Part shown: in pieces, positions 44,621-54,674 of the stretch
How the letters are laid out: each line of letters opens with the position of its first letter
How positions within the stretch are numbered: the first letter of the stretch is position 1
DNA from: an uncultured Clostridium sp.
Lineage (GTDB): Bacteria > Bacillota_I > Bacilli_A > RF39 > UBA660
Assembly (NCBI GenBank): GCA_946414595.1
Contig: CAMKPE010000005.1
Span: forward strand, 704-64,703
DNA: 64,000 nt
Direction of reading: 5' to 3'
Program-made: the position numbers and the translations under genes
The notes under the pieces: model-generated
The model's input: the letters and a program-made list of their open reading frames with translations, nothing else
Told to the model about the DNA's origin: nothing
The model's database searches: none

Positions 44621-46936
44621 ATGAAAAGACTTGATCCAAAAGCAGAATATGGATTATCAAGTGAAGAAGTAGAAGAACGTTTACGAGAAGGACTTAACTA
44701 TACCGATGTATCCGTTCCTACAAAAACAATTAAAAGAATTGTTAGCGATAACTTCTTTACTTTGTTTAACTTCTTAAACTTTGGTATAGCAGCAGCCATC
44801 TTTATGGTTGGAGCATATGAAAATATGCTTTTTATAGGTACTGTAATATTCAATATCATAATCAGTACAGTACAAGAAATAAGAGCTAAGAAAATAGTAG
44901 ATAAATTATCTTTAATTAGCCAATCCAAAGTAGTAGTTGTTCGAAATGGTAAATTAAAAGAAATAAATAGAGAAGAAATGGTTCTTGATGATATCGTCGA
45001 ATTAAGTGTAGGAATGCAAGTCGTTGCAGATTCAATAGTGCAAACAGGAACATGCTTAGTTAATGAATCATTTATCACTGGTGAACAAACACCTATAGAG
45101 AAAAAAGAAGGAGACATGGTCTTGTCTGGAAGCTTTATAACTGGTGGTAAAGTAAGAGCTAAAGTAGAGCACGTTAAAGATGATAACTATACATCAATAA
45201 TCAGTAAAGATGCTAAGTACGTTAAGAAATTAAATTCAGTATTAATGAACTCTTTGAATAAGATTATTAAATATATCTCATTTACAATAGTTCCAGTTGG
45301 GATAATGTTATTTATTAACCAATACTACATTGCTGGAAATGGTTATAGTGAAGCAGTTTTATATACTACTGCTGCCTTAATAGGAATGATACCTGATGGA
45401 TTAATTCTATTAACAAGTACAGTTTTAGCAGTATCAATTATTAGACTTAGTGAGTATAAAGTATTGGTACAAGAATTATATTGTATAGAAACTCTTGCAA
45501 GAGTAGATGTATTATGTCTTGATAAGACAGGTACTATTACTGAAGGAGTTATGGAAGTAGTTGACTTCATACCAAATATCAAATACTCACAAGAAGAAGC
45601 TGAACGTATTCTTGATGGATTATGCCATACACTTGAAGACGTATCACCAACAATGAATGCTGTAAGAAATAGATTTGAAACAAAGAAAGGTAAAGCACTT
45701 GATTGTATCAAGATAGATCCTTTCTCATCAGATAAAAAATATTCTAAGGTATACTTAGAAGGAATTAATTATTATTTAGGAGCTCCTGAATTTATCATTA
45801 AAGATAGTGATTATAGTAATTATTCTAAAGATTATAGAACACTTCTTTTAGCAGGAGAAAAAGATGATAAGAAATTCCCAATTGCACTTATTCTTATCCA
45901 AGATAAGATAAGAAAAGAAGCTAAAGAAACACTTGAATACTTTAAACAACAAGGTGTAGAAATTAAGATTATTTCTGGAGATAATCCAATTACTATTTCT
46001 CAAATTGCCAAAAGAGTAGGAATAGAAGATTATGATAAATATGTTGATTTAAGTACTATTAAAACTAAGAAAGAATTAAAAGAAGCATATTTAAATAACA
46101 CTATCTTTGGAAGAGTTAAACCAGATCAAAAGAAAGAATTAATATTATTAATTAAGAGTCTTGGTCATACAGTTGCTATGACAGGAGATGGAGTTAATGA
46201 TGTTCTAGCATTAAAAGAAGCAGATTGTTCTATTGCTATGGCAAGTGGAAGTGATGCAGCAAGAAATGTAAGCCAATTAGTGCTTATGGAATCAAACTTC
46301 GATGCAATGCCTAAGGTAGTTGAAGAAGGAAGAAGATGTATCAATAACATTGGAAGAAGTGCATCACTATTCTTAACAAAGACAATATACACAGTATTAC
46401 TTGTATTAATGACTTTGTTTACTGCCTTCCATTATCCATACTTACCAATACACTTAAGTTTAATGAACTTAATTACAATAGGAGCACCTTCATTAATTCT
46501 TGCACTTGAACCAAATAAAGAAAGAGTTAAAGGTAACTTCCTAGTTAAGATAATTGCTAATGCAGCACCAGCAGCATTAACAGTATTCTCAACATTATTT
46601 ATATTCTTATTTATAACAAGAAACTCATCATTAACAACAACAGAAAGTTCAACTGTATGTGTTATCATGACAACAATTATTATGCTTATTTATCAATACA
46701 AATTATGTAAGCCATTTAACTTAATAAGAAGATTATTAATGATTACGATGGTTACTATATTCTCAGTAGAATTATTATTCTTTAGAGATTTCTTCTCACT
46801 TGCTGATCTTGATTCAGGAATGTTTATTTTAATAGGATTGTTAATTCTATTAGCAGTAGTATTATGGAAGCTATATAATAAGTTGTTCTATTATTTACAA
46901 CATAGTAACAAGAGATTCAAAAAAATGATGCAATAA
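44621..46936 (+). CDS. Cation-translocating P-type ATPase (HAD-IC)
   Basis: CLDKTGTITEG phosphorylation site, the TGE-type actuator (ITGEQ) and MTGDGVNDVLALKEAD. About ten TM segments. Confidence 0.9.
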   Translation: MKRLDPKAEYGLSSEEVEERLREGLNYTDVSVPTKTIKRIVSDNFFTLFNFLNFGIAAAIFMVGAYENMLFIGTVIFNIIISTVQEIRAKKIVDKLSLISQSKVVVVRNGKLKEINREEMVLDDIVELSVGMQVVADSIVQTGTCLVNESFITGEQTPIEKKEGDMVLSGSFITGGKVRAKVEHVKDDNYTSIISKDAKYVKKLNSVLMNSLNKIIKYISFTIVPVGIMLFINQYYIAGNGYSEAVLYTTAALIGMIPDGLILLTSTVLAVSIIRLSEYKVLVQELYCIETLARVDVLCLDKTGTITEGVMEVVDFIPNIKYSQEEAERILDGLCHTLEDVSPTMNAVRNRFETKKGKALDCIKIDPFSSDKKYSKVYLEGINYYLGAPEFIIKDSDYSNYSKDYRTLLLAGEKDDKKFPIALILIQDKIRKEAKETLEYFKQQGVEIKIISGDNPITISQIAKRVGIEDYDKYVDLSTIKTKKELKEAYLNNTIFGRVKPDQKKELILLIKSLGHTVAMTGDGVNDVLALKEADCSIAMASGSDAARNVSQLVLMESNFDAMPKVVEEGRRCINNIGRSASLFLTKTIYTVLLVLMTLFTAFHYPYLPIHLSLMNLITIGAPSLILALEPNKERVKGNFLVKIIANAAPAALTVFSTLFIFLFITRNSSLTTTESSTVCVIMTTIIMLIYQYKLCKPFNLIRRLLMITMVTIFSVELLFFRDFFSLADLDSGMFILIGLLILLAVVLWKLYNKLFYYLQHSNKRFKKMMQ

Positions 46937-46964
46937 AAAACTATAGTATAAAACTATAGTTTTT
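46937..46964. terminator. Bidirectional terminator
   Basis: 11-bp stem aaaactatagt/actatagtttt between convergent genes. Confidence 0.8.
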
Positions 46965-49026
46965 ATTTTTTTTCTAGTCTTTGTCCTGGAGTACCAAATA
47001 CTTCAGAAATGATCTTTAATCTACTATCATCTAAAACACTACCATAAATCATAGCATTAAATATTTTCTGTTCTCTAGATAATTCATCACATTCACTATT
47101 ATTTTGTAATATAGCAAAGTTTCTTAATACTTTTTGTTTAGATATTATAATTCCATTTATGTTGTATTCTAGATCACTAATAGAGTACTTTTCTAATTCT
47201 TCAATAATAAATGATTCTTTTGGTATTCCTTTGCTTTCAGCAATTGCTTTATAGCAACTATCATCCATAAATCTATAAACAGCATTAGGAACATATCCAT
47301 CTATATCTTCATCACTAATAATATTCTTACCAACTCTAAAAGCTTGATCAGTTATCTTTGGTGATAGTTTATTATCAATTACTAAAGGAAGACCAAGTTC
47401 TCTACATAATTCCATACGTTTTAAATATGTATAAGATTCTTGCCCAATATATTTAGGATTATTTCTAATAAACTTAGAAAGACCTAATTCAATAAATCTA
47501 TCTATTATTTCAACAAGATTTGTATTTTCAAAAAATTCATAATTATTAGAAGTTGAATATCTAAGACTATAAGTATTGATTAATCTTAATACATTTTCAA
47601 GTTGTTCTCTATCTTGTAAAAGAGTAGCACTATTTCTTGATTTAGATATTGCAAAAGCATCTATCTTGTTATCTCTTAATAAATTAACGTTATTAACGAT
47701 TCTATCGAATGCAGCTTCTTTTATAGTTGTTTCTTGCATTATTTCTTCATTAATATCTTTTACAAATATTTCTGGATTTCTTTTAACAAATTCTTGACTA
47801 ATTACACTACTTGTAATCATTTTATTTACTGTTGATACTATTGCAGGTGTAGATAAAAGTAAAATATCACAAATAGGGTAGGAATCATTATAAATCTTAA
47901 TTCCTGACTCAGTTAATAATGTCATTATCTTTTCTATGTTTTCAATGTTACCATATCTAGTTAATTTAGATAGGTTTTCCATTAAATATTCATGAGTACA
48001 ACAACTCTTCTTAAATATTTTTTCTAATCTAGTCATTGTTTCTTCTTCTTTTAATCTATTAATTGTTTCATTATGGAATTGTAAGTTATGTTTTAATACA
48101 GTTCTTAATACTAAATATTTAATTCTTTCATCAGTAATACTATCTAAAGTACCTTTTGATAGATCTATTGGTCTATTTAAATTGAAAGATTTAATTATAT
48201 TGATAACTTTATCTCTTTTTCTTATGATTGAATTATTTTCTTTTTCTCTTAATCTAGGTAAGTTTTTAATTTCTGTTGCACGCTCTCTTATTGAATCTAA
48301 ACAGTCTAGTGCTTTTGTAACTCTTAATGTAATATCATAGTTTATTTCTTTTTCTCTTATTTCATCTTGTGCAATTTGCATGTAACGTGTTTGAACTATT
48401 GCGCGATAACCAGCGTTAGAAGCTAATGTAAAATTACTTATATCTTTTCCATTATCTGCTACAAAATCTTTTGCTTGCGCTGTAAATTTTAAACCATTAA
48501 CTGCTCCAGCTACTACTAAAGCATTAATTAATGGGACACCAAAATCTTCAATTAATCTAAAATACATAATCCTAGATTTATCTGTTGGGCACATAGTTCT
48601 AATTATTTTTTGAGCTTTCTCAGCAAGATCTAATAAACCTGCTTCTTTAAGCTTTAATGCGTCTTCATCGAATTCTAAATGTTCATATGGAAGAAATACA
48701 AATTCTTCTAATAAACCTTTGTCATTAAATTCTTTTACATAGTCATTAAAAATGAAACAGTAATCATAATCAGGTATTTTCTCTACATTTAATAAACTAA
48801 CTTTATCTCTTATTTCTTTATAAGTAAGTTCTGACTCACTTCCACAAAGAATTGCTATTACTAAATCTTTAACATTTATTTTTAATATAGAATCTTTTCC
48901 ATTTATATCCATTGTTTTACATATACTTTCAAGAAACTCTAATTCTTCTTTTTCATCTTCTGATAGTTCAGTACTTTTAAGTCTTTCTTTATAATAATTA
49001 TTTATATAATGTATCAATCTATCCAT
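46963..49026 (-). CDS. Hypothetical 687-aa soluble, predominantly helical protein
   Basis: Long ORF with an 8-nt overlap with the upstream 329-aa gene. No recognisable motif, TM helix or signal peptide. Confidence 0.55.
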   Translation of the reverse strand: MDRLIHYINNYYKERLKSTELSEDEKEELEFLESICKTMDINGKDSILKINVKDLVIAILCGSESELTYKEIRDKVSLLNVEKIPDYDYCFIFNDYVKEFNDKGLLEEFVFLPYEHLEFDEDALKLKEAGLLDLAEKAQKIIRTMCPTDKSRIMYFRLIEDFGVPLINALVVAGAVNGLKFTAQAKDFVADNGKDISNFTLASNAGYRAIVQTRYMQIAQDEIREKEINYDITLRVTKALDCLDSIRERATEIKNLPRLREKENNSIIRKRDKVINIIKSFNLNRPIDLSKGTLDSITDERIKYLVLRTVLKHNLQFHNETINRLKEEETMTRLEKIFKKSCCTHEYLMENLSKLTRYGNIENIEKIMTLLTESGIKIYNDSYPICDILLLSTPAIVSTVNKMITSSVISQEFVKRNPEIFVKDINEEIMQETTIKEAAFDRIVNNVNLLRDNKIDAFAISKSRNSATLLQDREQLENVLRLINTYSLRYSTSNNYEFFENTNLVEIIDRFIELGLSKFIRNNPKYIGQESYTYLKRMELCRELGLPLVIDNKLSPKITDQAFRVGKNIISDEDIDGYVPNAVYRFMDDSCYKAIAESKGIPKESFIIEELEKYSISDLEYNINGIIISKQKVLRNFAILQNNSECDELSREQKIFNAMIYGSVLDDSRLKIISEVFGTPGQRLEKK

Positions 49027-50008
49027 TTAAATCATCTCTTTTTCTTTCTTTTTTCTTACCAGTTAAAGTGAGTTTAATTCTTCTTAGGATTTCTTGATGC
49101 TCTTCTATGAAACTATCATTTGATAAAGCTTCTTTTAACATTTCTCTTTGCAATCTAAATTCTTTAGCTCTTGCTTCTAGCATTTCACGATAAGGTGCTG
49201 TATTTTGGAATCTTTTAACAAGTATTCCAAGTATAACAATTACATCATTATCAAGTCTTGTAAAGATTATTCTTGAGTCTCTTCTTCTTATTGCAGATAT
49301 TCCTTTTAATGGATTATAGTTATAGAATCTTTTTTCTCTTGTCATTTTATTCTTTTCTATATCTTCAATAATAGGTATCATATCTTCTTCATCGTTAATC
49401 TCATCTATATCTGAATCAACATAAAGTGATCCATTAGATTTTCTTAAGAATATAATTTTATTTTTATGTTCATCAAAAGTTTCTTCTATAGTTTCTTCTT
49501 GAAGATTATATGCTTTAATTATTTCAATTAATCTTCTATTATTATTAATTAAATCAATTAAATATTCTTCATCTTCTTCATTCATCATTTCATGAGCAAT
49601 TTGTATTTCACGTAATAAATATAAAAGAATAGATGAGATAATTGTGTCATAGTTAGTATCATAACTTGATGGAAGAAGTTCAGTTAAGAAGTCTTCATCA
49701 TCACAATCTTTTAAAGATAAAACGTATGGAAGCACATCAGTTAAGTTTGATTTAACTGTTGGTTTAACTTCAACGCTTTCTTCTTCCACATTATTTTTCT
49801 TTTGAACTTTTTCTTTTCTTCTTGTATGTTCAAATGACTTTTTATGCTCACTATCAACACTTAGGTTATGTTTTAAAACATCTATTAAGATTTTATTTAT
49901 ATCTTCAGAAGAAGTCTCTTCTTCACGCAAAAAAGTAACTAAACTTCTAATGTCAGTTACATAACCATATTCACCCGTAAATTTCTTAATTATTTCATTA
50001 GTTGTCAT
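49019..50008 (-). CDS. 329-aa protein with a RelE/HigB (Gp49-like) toxin-fold C-terminal domain
   Basis: The C-terminal KIIFLRKSNG...YNPLKGISAIRRRDSRIIFTRLDNDVIVILGILVKRFQNTAPYREMLEARAKEF matches the pattern of RelE/ParE/HigB toxins (L.G....R.R.g.yRiiy...d...vvil.i..K..q.tP..ei..A). AAGGGG SD. Confidence 0.55.
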   Translation of the reverse strand: MTTNEIIKKFTGEYGYVTDIRSLVTFLREEETSSEDINKILIDVLKHNLSVDSEHKKSFEHTRRKEKVQKKNNVEEESVEVKPTVKSNLTDVLPYVLSLKDCDDEDFLTELLPSSYDTNYDTIISSILLYLLREIQIAHEMMNEEDEEYLIDLINNNRRLIEIIKAYNLQEETIEETFDEHKNKIIFLRKSNGSLYVDSDIDEINDEEDMIPIIEDIEKNKMTREKRFYNYNPLKGISAIRRRDSRIIFTRLDNDVIVILGILVKRFQNTAPYREMLEARAKEFRLQREMLKEALSNDSFIEEHQEILRRIKLTLTGKKKERKRDDLNG

Positions 50009-50038
50009 ATAGCTAAAACCCCTTTAAAATCACGGCAT

Positions 50039-50067
50039 ATTATATCATATTATCTTTTCTTTGTCAA
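50039..50067 (-). promoter_or_regulatory. Consensus sigma-A promoter for the 329/687-aa operon
   Basis: The minus strand reads TTGACA (plus 50062-50067)-17 nt-TATAAT (plus 50039-50044). Confidence 0.65.
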
Positions 50068-50089
50068 TTTATGATTAATATGTTATAAT
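50061..50089 (+). promoter_or_regulatory. Sigma-A promoter for pssA-psd
   Basis: TTGTCA(50061-50066)-17 nt-TATAAT(50084-50089) with a TG extension at 50081-50082. Confidence 0.6.
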
Positions 50090-50121
50090 TATTCTATAAT
50101 GTAAAGAAAGAGGAATTATAT

Positions 50122-50754
50122 ATGTTAATAGGAAAGTATAACAAATCATTAATAATTAGTTATGTAGGAGTAATTGCAGCAGTTTTAGGATTGTACTTTT
50201 TGATACAAGACCCAACAGATTTAAAACCAACAATGATCTGTTACTTAATCGCTGGTGTTTGTGACATGCTTGATGGTATGGTTGCTAGAATGATGAAAAG
50301 AGATAAAGATGAAGAATTATTTGGTATTCAACTTGATTCACTAGCAGACACAATAGATTTCGTAGTATTTCCAATAGTAGTTGGACTTACTTTAGGTTTC
50401 TCAGAATGGTTTCAAGTAATTGGATACATTCTTCTTGCTATGGCAGGAGTACAAAGACTTTGTCATTTTAACGTATTAGTTATAAACAAGAAAGATAAAG
50501 GACCTGTTAAATACTATAGTGGATTACCAGTAACATCAACATCAATAACATATCCTATAATATATTTGATTAGTAAAATATTATTTAATATAAATAATGA
50601 TATTAATGTTTTTGAAGTATTATTTACTTTATTAACTTTTGCATCTGCAATATTATTTGTATTAAATATTAAAGTTCCAAAACCAAGAGGAAAAGCATAT
50701 CCAATAATGGGAGCTCTTGCAGTTGTTGGAGTAATTCTAATTTGCGTACTATAA
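50122..50754 (+). CDS. pssA: CDP-diacylglycerol--serine O-phosphatidyltransferase
   Basis: CDP-alcohol phosphatidyltransferase motif DMLDGMVAR(x8)G(x3)D(x3)D, within a polytopic protein. Confidence 0.85.
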   Translation: MLIGKYNKSLIISYVGVIAAVLGLYFLIQDPTDLKPTMICYLIAGVCDMLDGMVARMMKRDKDEELFGIQLDSLADTIDFVVFPIVVGLTLGFSEWFQVIGYILLAMAGVQRLCHFNVLVINKKDKGPVKYYSGLPVTSTSITYPIIYLISKILFNINNDINVFEVLFTLLTFASAILFVLNIKVPKPRGKAYPIMGALAVVGVILICVL

Positions 50755-51614
50755 TGACAAAAGTAGTAATTAGAAAGACAAATGAAATAATAGAAGAAAA
50801 AAGTCCTAAAGGGGCTAATTTTCTTTATAAAAACCTTTTTGGAAGAGTAATATTATCTCTTGCTACAAAAAGATTTGTATCATCAATTGCAGGGTGGTAT
50901 CTAAATAGAAAAAAATCAACTAAATATATAAAAGGTTTTATTGAAAGTAACAATATTGATATGAGCGACTATGTAGAAAGAGACTATAAATCATTCAATG
51001 ATTTCTTCTCAAGAGAAATAAAACCTAATAAGAGAATTTTTTCAAAAGATAAAAAAGATTTTTGTGCACCAAGTGATTCTAAACTAATAGTTTATAAAAT
51101 TACTAAAGATCAAGAATTTACTATTAAGGAAAAGAAATATACTATTAAACGTATTCTAAGAGATGAAGAGTTGGCCAAAGAATATGAAAATGGATATTTC
51201 ATGGTATTTAGATTATCAGTTGATGATTATCATAGATATGCCTATATAGATAATGGAAGAGTATTAAGTAACAAAAAGATTAAAGGTAAATATCATACAG
51301 TAGGGCCAATTGCGTTTGAACGTCATAAAGTTTATGAAGAAAATCATAGAGAATATGATGTTTTAGAAACAGAAAACTTTGGTAAAATTGTTCAAATGGA
51401 AGTTGGAGCAATGATGGTAGGTAAGATAGTTAATCATGATAAAAAGACTTTCAAAAGAGCAGAAGAAAGAGGATACTTCTTATTTGGAGGATCTACAATA
51501 GTTATCATGGTTAAAGACAATGTAATCAAAATAGATAAAGATATATTAGATAACTCTAAAAAGAACATAGAAACAAAAATCAAACAAGGAGAAAAAGTAG
51601 CAAAGGGGTTGTAA
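50754..51614 (+). CDS. psd: Phosphatidylserine decarboxylase proenzyme
   Basis: DYHRYAY and the C-terminal FLFGGST self-cleavage motif. TAATG coupling to pssA. Confidence 0.85.
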   Translation: MTKVVIRKTNEIIEEKSPKGANFLYKNLFGRVILSLATKRFVSSIAGWYLNRKKSTKYIKGFIESNNIDMSDYVERDYKSFNDFFSREIKPNKRIFSKDKKDFCAPSDSKLIVYKITKDQEFTIKEKKYTIKRILRDEELAKEYENGYFMVFRLSVDDYHRYAYIDNGRVLSNKKIKGKYHTVGPIAFERHKVYEENHREYDVLETENFGKIVQMEVGAMMVGKIVNHDKKTFKRAEERGYFLFGGSTIVIMVKDNVIKIDKDILDNSKKNIETKIKQGEKVAKGL

Positions 51615-51616
51615 TT

Positions 51617-52342
51617 ATGTGTAGTAGAAGAGCAGTATTAATAATTCATGGTTTAGCAGGTGGTACTTATGATGAAGAGCCACTTGCAAATTTTCTAGAA
51701 AAACATAGGAAGTTAGATGTTTTTTCATTCACGCTTCCAGGGCATGATGTAAAAGATAAAAGAAAAGCAACAAAGGAAGAATGGATGAAAGAATCAGAAA
51801 GACAATTAAATGACTTAATTAATTCAGGATACAAAAAGATTTATCTTGTTGGTCATAGCATGGGTGGTGTTATAGCAGCACATTTAGCAAGCAAGTATAA
51901 GCAAGTTAAAAAGCTTGTTTTAGTCGCACCAGCATTTACATCAATCGCAGCAAAAGAAGAAGGAGGACTATTAAGTGCTATTGTTAAAATACCTGAATTA
52001 ATAAAAGCTTATAGTTATAACGAATTAATGACTAGACTTAATAAACTACCAATATCAGCAGAAAAAGAATTCTTTGATCTTGTTGATACATATAAAAAAG
52101 ATATATATAAAGTAGAAGTACCAACACTATTCGTGCATGGCACAATTGACCAGGTTGTTCCTGTTAAATCTACAATAGATATATTTAATAAATATGAAAA
52201 CCATAAGAAAGTATTATTACTTGTAAAAGACTATTATCATGATGTTTTTAAAGGTAAAAAAGTATTAGAAATAAATAAAGAAATACAAACTTTCTTATTA
52301 AAAAGAAATTATAAAATAAAAGAAGAAAAATTAGAGATATAA
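51617..52342 (+). CDS. Alpha/beta hydrolase (carboxylesterase/lysophospholipase-like)
   Basis: HGLAGG oxyanion region, the GHSMGG nucleophile elbow, and C-terminal D...H. Confidence 0.75.
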   Translation: MCSRRAVLIIHGLAGGTYDEEPLANFLEKHRKLDVFSFTLPGHDVKDKRKATKEEWMKESERQLNDLINSGYKKIYLVGHSMGGVIAAHLASKYKQVKKLVLVAPAFTSIAAKEEGGLLSAIVKIPELIKAYSYNELMTRLNKLPISAEKEFFDLVDTYKKDIYKVEVPTLFVHGTIDQVVPVKSTIDIFNKYENHKKVLLLVKDYYHDVFKGKKVLEINKEIQTFLLKRNYKIKEEKLEI

Positions 52343-52397
52343 TTATTTACAAAAATAAAATATATAGTAAAATTGTATTAAGGAGACGATAAAACTT

Positions 52398-52943
52398 ATG
52401 GATGAAAACTTTATTGAAGAAGCAGAAGTAAAAATGTTAAATACTCTTGATAACTTAGAGAAAAGATTTGCAACAGTAAGAGCAGGAAGAGCAAATCCAA
52501 GTGCTCTTGATGGTGTTATGGTATCTTACTATGGTGTTGATACACCACTTAAACAACTTGCAACTATTTCAGTTCCTGAAGCAAGACAATTATTAATTAA
52601 ACCTTTTGATAGATCTTGCTTACATGCTATTGAAAAAGGAATCTTTGAAGCTGACTTAGGATTTACTCCTAATAATGACGGTGAAACAGTAAGAATTGTT
52701 ATTCCACCACTAACAGAAGACAGAAGAAAAGAACTTGCAAAACAAGTTAAAGCAATGGCAGAAGATGCTAAGGTATCTATTAGAAACACAAGAAGAGAAA
52801 CAATGGAAGATATTGAAAAAGCTGATCTTCCAGAAGATATCGAAAAAGCAAAAGATAAAGAAGTTCAAGATTTAGTAAACGAATATAATAAAAAAGTTGA
52901 AGATATGTTAAAAGTAAAAGAAGAAGAACTAATGAGCGTATAG
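52398..52943 (+). CDS. frr: Ribosome recycling factor
   Basis: RAGRANPSALDGVMVSYYG, PPLTEDRRKEL and IRNTRRE. Confidence 0.92.
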   Translation: MDENFIEEAEVKMLNTLDNLEKRFATVRAGRANPSALDGVMVSYYGVDTPLKQLATISVPEARQLLIKPFDRSCLHAIEKGIFEADLGFTPNNDGETVRIVIPPLTEDRRKELAKQVKAMAEDAKVSIRNTRRETMEDIEKADLPEDIEKAKDKEVQDLVNEYNKKVEDMLKVKEEELMSV

Positions 52944-52953
52944 TTCTTTTTTT
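52924..52953 (+). terminator. Probable terminator after frr
   Basis: aagaact/agttctt stem with an 11-nt loop, then a T-run. Confidence 0.5.
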
Positions 52954-52954
52954 A

Positions 52955-52983
52955 TTGTAAAAAAATAACAATTATGTTATAAT
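52955..52983 (+). promoter_or_regulatory. Sigma-A promoter of the first paralogue pair
   Basis: TTGTAA(52955-52960)-17 nt-TATAAT(52978-52983) with a TG extension. Confidence 0.6.
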
Positions 52984-53008
52984 ATAGAACATTTATGGGG
53001 GTATTGCT

Positions 53009-53830
53009 ATGGTGTGTTATAAAGATGAAATAGAATCTTTTAAATGGCAAGTAGAAGCAGATAAAGAAATCTTTATGCCAAGAAAAGAAGATGAATTTGC
53101 TATTTGTAGACAATTAATAAGAATGAGTTTTAATAAAATTGAACACTTGAATGTTGACCATAGAAACTTTAAAAAATTGTTTCTAAGATCTATTGACCCT
53201 CTAGGAGCAAAAACAAAAGATTATTATGTAGAAGCTACAAGCAAGATAGGACTTGAAAGAACTTCAAAAATAAGAAATGGTGACTCTATAATAGTAGGTA
53301 ATTCTAAAGATCAAACAGCATACATAACAAATAGAAAAACAAGAGAAGATGATTTCTTTGCGTTCTCACATGAAATGGGCCATTATAAAGTAATAGTAGA
53401 TTCAAGTCATGGTGATTATTTTGAATATGGTGAAGTATTGCCAATATTCTTTGAGTATCTAGCATGTAAGACAATAGATGAAAAGAATGCTTTTGAAATG
53501 TTTTTAAGAAATAGATTACAAGCAGTTAAAGGTGATGCCCAAGATTACTTCAAATTAAGAAGTGACTTAAGAGGTAATAAATCAGCAAAAGATGAATACA
53601 CAAGATTAGAAATAAAACATAGAATGCGTTACTTTATTTCAGTTGATTATGTATTACAACTAATCGAAAGATTCAAAAAGGATAGAAGTGAAGTAAGTAG
53701 AGCAATAGATGAATATCTAATAGATCATAATACATTTAAAAATCTAGAATCAAGATTAGATATTGATACAACAGGATGTAAAACTCTTCTTAGAAGAGCA
53801 AACTATTATGTAAGGGGTCCAAAATTATGA
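53009..53830 (+). CDS. HExxH zincin-like protein, array member A1 (273 aa)
   Basis: FSHEMGHY (HEMGH = nt 53369-53383), with the conserved Glu of EVLPIFFEY 17 residues after the second His. Shares the C-terminal LDIDTTGCKTLLRR box with all array members. Confidence 0.6.
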   Translation: MVCYKDEIESFKWQVEADKEIFMPRKEDEFAICRQLIRMSFNKIEHLNVDHRNFKKLFLRSIDPLGAKTKDYYVEATSKIGLERTSKIRNGDSIIVGNSKDQTAYITNRKTREDDFFAFSHEMGHYKVIVDSSHGDYFEYGEVLPIFFEYLACKTIDEKNAFEMFLRNRLQAVKGDAQDYFKLRSDLRGNKSAKDEYTRLEIKHRMRYFISVDYVLQLIERFKKDRSEVSRAIDEYLIDHNTFKNLESRLDIDTTGCKTLLRRANYYVRGPKL

Positions 53831-54648
53831 GTGAAGAATTAGATTACCAAGAAAGACTTTTTATGTTTAATTCTCAAATTGCATATGCAAATAAAACTTT
53901 TTGTGAAGATACAACTGACTATGAAGAAGTATGTGAAGCACTAGCAAATACAGAAAAAAAACAAATAGAAAGTAAAAGTGCAAGTATCAGAAAAGTTAAA
54001 AATGTTTTTTTAAGATCAATAGAAAACTTAGGTGAAGATACTATTTCTTTCTATAAAGGTGAGTTACCTAACGTAAGAATTAAAAAGAAAAAATATTTTC
54101 CAGGGCGAGTAGAGATCTCAAATGGTTCTGCAGGAATATTTGATCTTAATGGAAAGTATATATTATTCACTCATAAAAAGGATCATAACGAACAAGATAT
54201 TGCCGCAATTTATCACGAATTTGGACATATACCAGTAATAAGAGATGGTGCACACGGAGATTATTATGAATTTGATGAAGTGCTTCCAATATATTTTGAG
54301 TATATAGCATACAAGAATCTTCATCCTGAAAATCCAATGGAATTGTTTTTACAAGATAGAATAAATATTTCTATAGATCAAGCAAGATTACTTTTAAGAT
54401 ATGCAAAAGATTATTACTGCAGTGATAGCGATAAATCAAGATTCATTAGTTGTCAAATGAGAAGTAGCTTTAAATACATTAAATCTTTTGAATATGCTCT
54501 ACAATTAATTGAAAGAGAACATGAAGATAAGTTAATGACTAATTATGCTATCGATAAAGTTTTAAATGGTGAAAGTACATTTAAAGATTTAGAAGGTCTA
54601 TTGGATATAGATACACATGGATGTAAGAAAATTTTACAAAGATTATAA
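53827..54648 (+). CDS. HExxH zincin-like protein, array member A2 (273 aa)
   Basis: IYHEFGHI...DEVLPIYFEY...LDIDTHGCKKILQRL. ATGA overlap with A1. Confidence 0.6.
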   Translation: MSEELDYQERLFMFNSQIAYANKTFCEDTTDYEEVCEALANTEKKQIESKSASIRKVKNVFLRSIENLGEDTISFYKGELPNVRIKKKKYFPGRVEISNGSAGIFDLNGKYILFTHKKDHNEQDIAAIYHEFGHIPVIRDGAHGDYYEFDEVLPIYFEYIAYKNLHPENPMELFLQDRINISIDQARLLLRYAKDYYCSDSDKSRFISCQMRSSFKYIKSFEYALQLIEREHEDKLMTNYAIDKVLNGESTFKDLEGLLDIDTHGCKKILQRL

Positions 54649-54672
54649 AAACTCACAAATAGTGAGTTTTTT
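54647..54672 (+). terminator. Rho-independent terminator inside the paralogue array
   Basis: aaaactcac/gtgagtttt stem followed by a T-run. Confidence 0.85.
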
Positions 54673-54674
54673 CA

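Noticed and set aside
44301-45711. Minus-strand ORFs 44301-44660, 44698-45117 and 45343-45711
   Set aside because: All are antisense to the MBL/DUF3006 and P-type ATPase genes, whose motifs are unambiguous. No independent signals support them.
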